Made by a program: the position numbers and the translations under genes. Source: Gemmatimonadota bacterium (lineage in GTDB: Bacteria > Gemmatimonadota > Gemmatimonadetes > Longimicrobiales > Gaopeijiaceae). From it: a stretch of 64,000 nt of DNA. Below, piece by piece: positions 63,401 through 64,000 of this stretch (position 1 is its first letter; each line of letters starts with the position of its first letter). The notes under the pieces are model-generated. The model had not been told where the DNA came from. It was given only the letters and a program-made list of their open reading frames with translations, and made no database searches. The DNA lies in contig JAXHMG010000003.1 in the NCBI GenBank assembly GCA_034521595.1, positions 640,001 to 704,000 on the forward strand. Reading direction: 5' to 3'.

Positions 63401-63790
63401 GAGCCCGCGCGGCGTGGTGACCAGGATCCGGGCGCGCCCGGAGAAGACGGCCTCCACCGCTTCGACGCGTAGCCCGCCGATTTCGAGGTGGGGCTCCGCC
63501 TCTTCGTAGGGGAGGGCTTCCTTCTGGGGGAAGAGGTGAGTGGTCGTGTCCGAGCCGAGAAGCACCTCGAAGTCGGCGACCACTCCGGTCGCCGACTGTG
63601 GATCCGGTGTGACGAATACGAAGATTCGCTGCGGGTGCGCTCGATGGAGGGCCGCAACGACGGCGGGGCCGAGGGACCCGTGCGCACCGCCCAGAGTGAC
63701 GGCCGCTCCGGGTCGGGGCGGGGCCGACGCGACCGCCCGTAGGGCGGGACACGCGGCAACCGTGGTGAGGATTGGATCAGGGAGCGCCAT
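60476..63790 (-). CDS. mfd: transcription-repair coupling factor Mfd
   Basis: VRGGILD, VHMDHGIGRF, CGDVGYGKTEVA, DEEQRFGV, TATPIPRT, QIRGRVGR, DLELRGAGNLLG. Confidence 0.98.
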   Translation of the reverse strand: MALPDPILTTVAACPALRAVASAPPRPGAAVTLGGAHGSLGPAVVAALHRAHPQRIFVFVTPDPQSATGVVADFEVLLGSDTTTHLFPQKEALPYEEAEPHLEIGGLRVEAVEAVFSGRARILVTTPRGLQERMPVPSDLADVRRTLRLEDEIDFTELLEQLESWGFERVPLVEEVGQFAVRGGILDLFSVAAGEPVRFEFWGDQIASIRTFDLLDQRSTGTLSEAHVLPVDFRRSETEGEHTVTRSLLELLPGDAVLTRHGDWTLTEEAGQTWGRVNTLHDDLVESGAAVPRPETLFVPPEEMARLMDAMPRLVLSENESAEHVLPSSAPPAIDRDMGRLESYLTDGARDDAETLLLCDNDGQLQRLEEILGGVERIPEGTRVALGSLQEGFELRCGASPLRVLNDHEIFRRPRRVRRSRRFRGAVALESLAQLTPGDHVVHMDHGIGRFVGLEHIDVAGEEIEVLAIEYAGGEVLRLPVYRLDLIERWVGATDDARPAALHRIGGKRWKTLRRKTEQVIEQMTTELLELYAQREDASGYAFSPDTRWQMEMESSFLYEDTPDQRQAAEDVKRDMESAKPMDRLVCGDVGYGKTEVAIRAAFKAVQDGKQVAVLAPTTILAEQHRHTFEERLADYPVRIGSLSRFRSAAERRDLLAAAAEGSLDIVIGTHRLLSEDVVFRDLGLLIVDEEQRFGVKHKERLKKLRSSIDVLTLTATPIPRTLYLSLSGIRDLSLIRTPPRDRMPVFTHVLPWSDHLLAEALHRELDRGGQAFFLHNRIETIYTIAEEIRALVPEARTGVAHGQMASGELDEVMRAFVDGELDILVCSSIIENGLDVPNANTLIVDAADRFGLSQLYQIRGRVGRSDRRAYCYLIVPENVTDDAERRLRVLEHYTELGSGYAVALRDLELRGAGNLLGADQSGFANQIGLDAYMRLLHKTVDRLKSGESTESWSDPDVSLPGATLLPDDYIADESQKLHLYRRLSKVERPDEVEAVREELADRFGALPDEAVRMLDATLLRVLGRTLGVERILVREGSARITFREGVVPKLTVLEGPLRKRQAHAEVLRMSPLSVQLERVGSEPIMETVTIALETLRSARSAAA

Positions 63791-64000
63791 GAGGTGCCGG
63801 CATGTGGTTTCGGTTGGCTTGCTTCGGGATGCGGACCCGTCCCGCGGCCGCGAGCACGGGCTCGGCGAGGAGGACGAAGACGGCGAGCAGGAGCAACACC
63901 CACCAGAGCTCGGGCCCACGTCGGTCGTGGAAGATCTCGTCCGACCACGCTTCGAGGTCCGAGGCGACCCTGACGTCGCGGGCGATGCGCTCTCGGGCCA
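63777..64000 (-). CDS. C-terminal end of a probable BatA/vWA-type membrane-anchored protein (partial; not in ORF track)
   Basis: Manual translation ...WSDEIFHDRRGPELWWVLLLLAVFVLLAEPVLAA...HGAP*; ELW..LL.....LL.E tail; overlaps mfd start. Confidence 0.5.
   Translation of the reverse strand, partial: ARERIARDVRVASDLEAWSDEIFHDRRGPELWWVLLLLAVFVLLAEPVLAAAGRVRIPKQANRNHMPAPHGAP

Noticed and set aside
57658-63472. Long plus-strand ORFs (554 aa, 520 aa and others) antisense to surA and mfd
   Set aside because: Antisense shadows of well-conserved genes; the same applies to 13217-14635, 20873-22555, 43414-44802 and 49408-50964.

Overview
GC-rich bacterial chromosomal segment. Gene content and protein styles suggest Gemmatimonadota (inference). 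It is mostly housekeeping: a complete F1Fo ATP synthase operon (atpZ/I-B-E-F-H-A-G-D-C), ruvX-mltG-thiE, pdp, PBP1A, aroB, etfBA, moeA, moaC, dacB, a Fur/PerR regulator, acs, guaB, an MltD-like enzyme, and the cluster mfd-PPIase-like-surA-pdxA-ftsEX-envC-holB-moaC. I saw no rRNA, tRNA, CRISPR array, prophage or transposase. The best candidate for a new system is at 39.7-42.9 kb. There a GAF-like + ~7-TPR protein without a DNA-binding domain lies tail-to-tail with a 45-aa exported peptide gene (MKTLRRSLLVLLLTVGTAAC-TTSSITGPD-HSPDPG-ELQ-HSPDPG-M) that the ORF track does not call at that start. The peptide gene is divergent from an AraC regulator with a degenerate receiver domain, so the layout resembles RRNPP (Rap-Phr-type) peptide signalling in a probably Gram-negative lineage. 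Other notable items are two TA-flanked MITE-like elements with co-varying stems, a NYN-LOTUS-LOTUS-RecD2-like HhH fusion, a Rex-like operator on the atp promoter, an HVO_2523-like micro zinc finger, and a His-to-Glu gamma-carbonic anhydrase. All calls come from motif reading by eye; no database searches were run.
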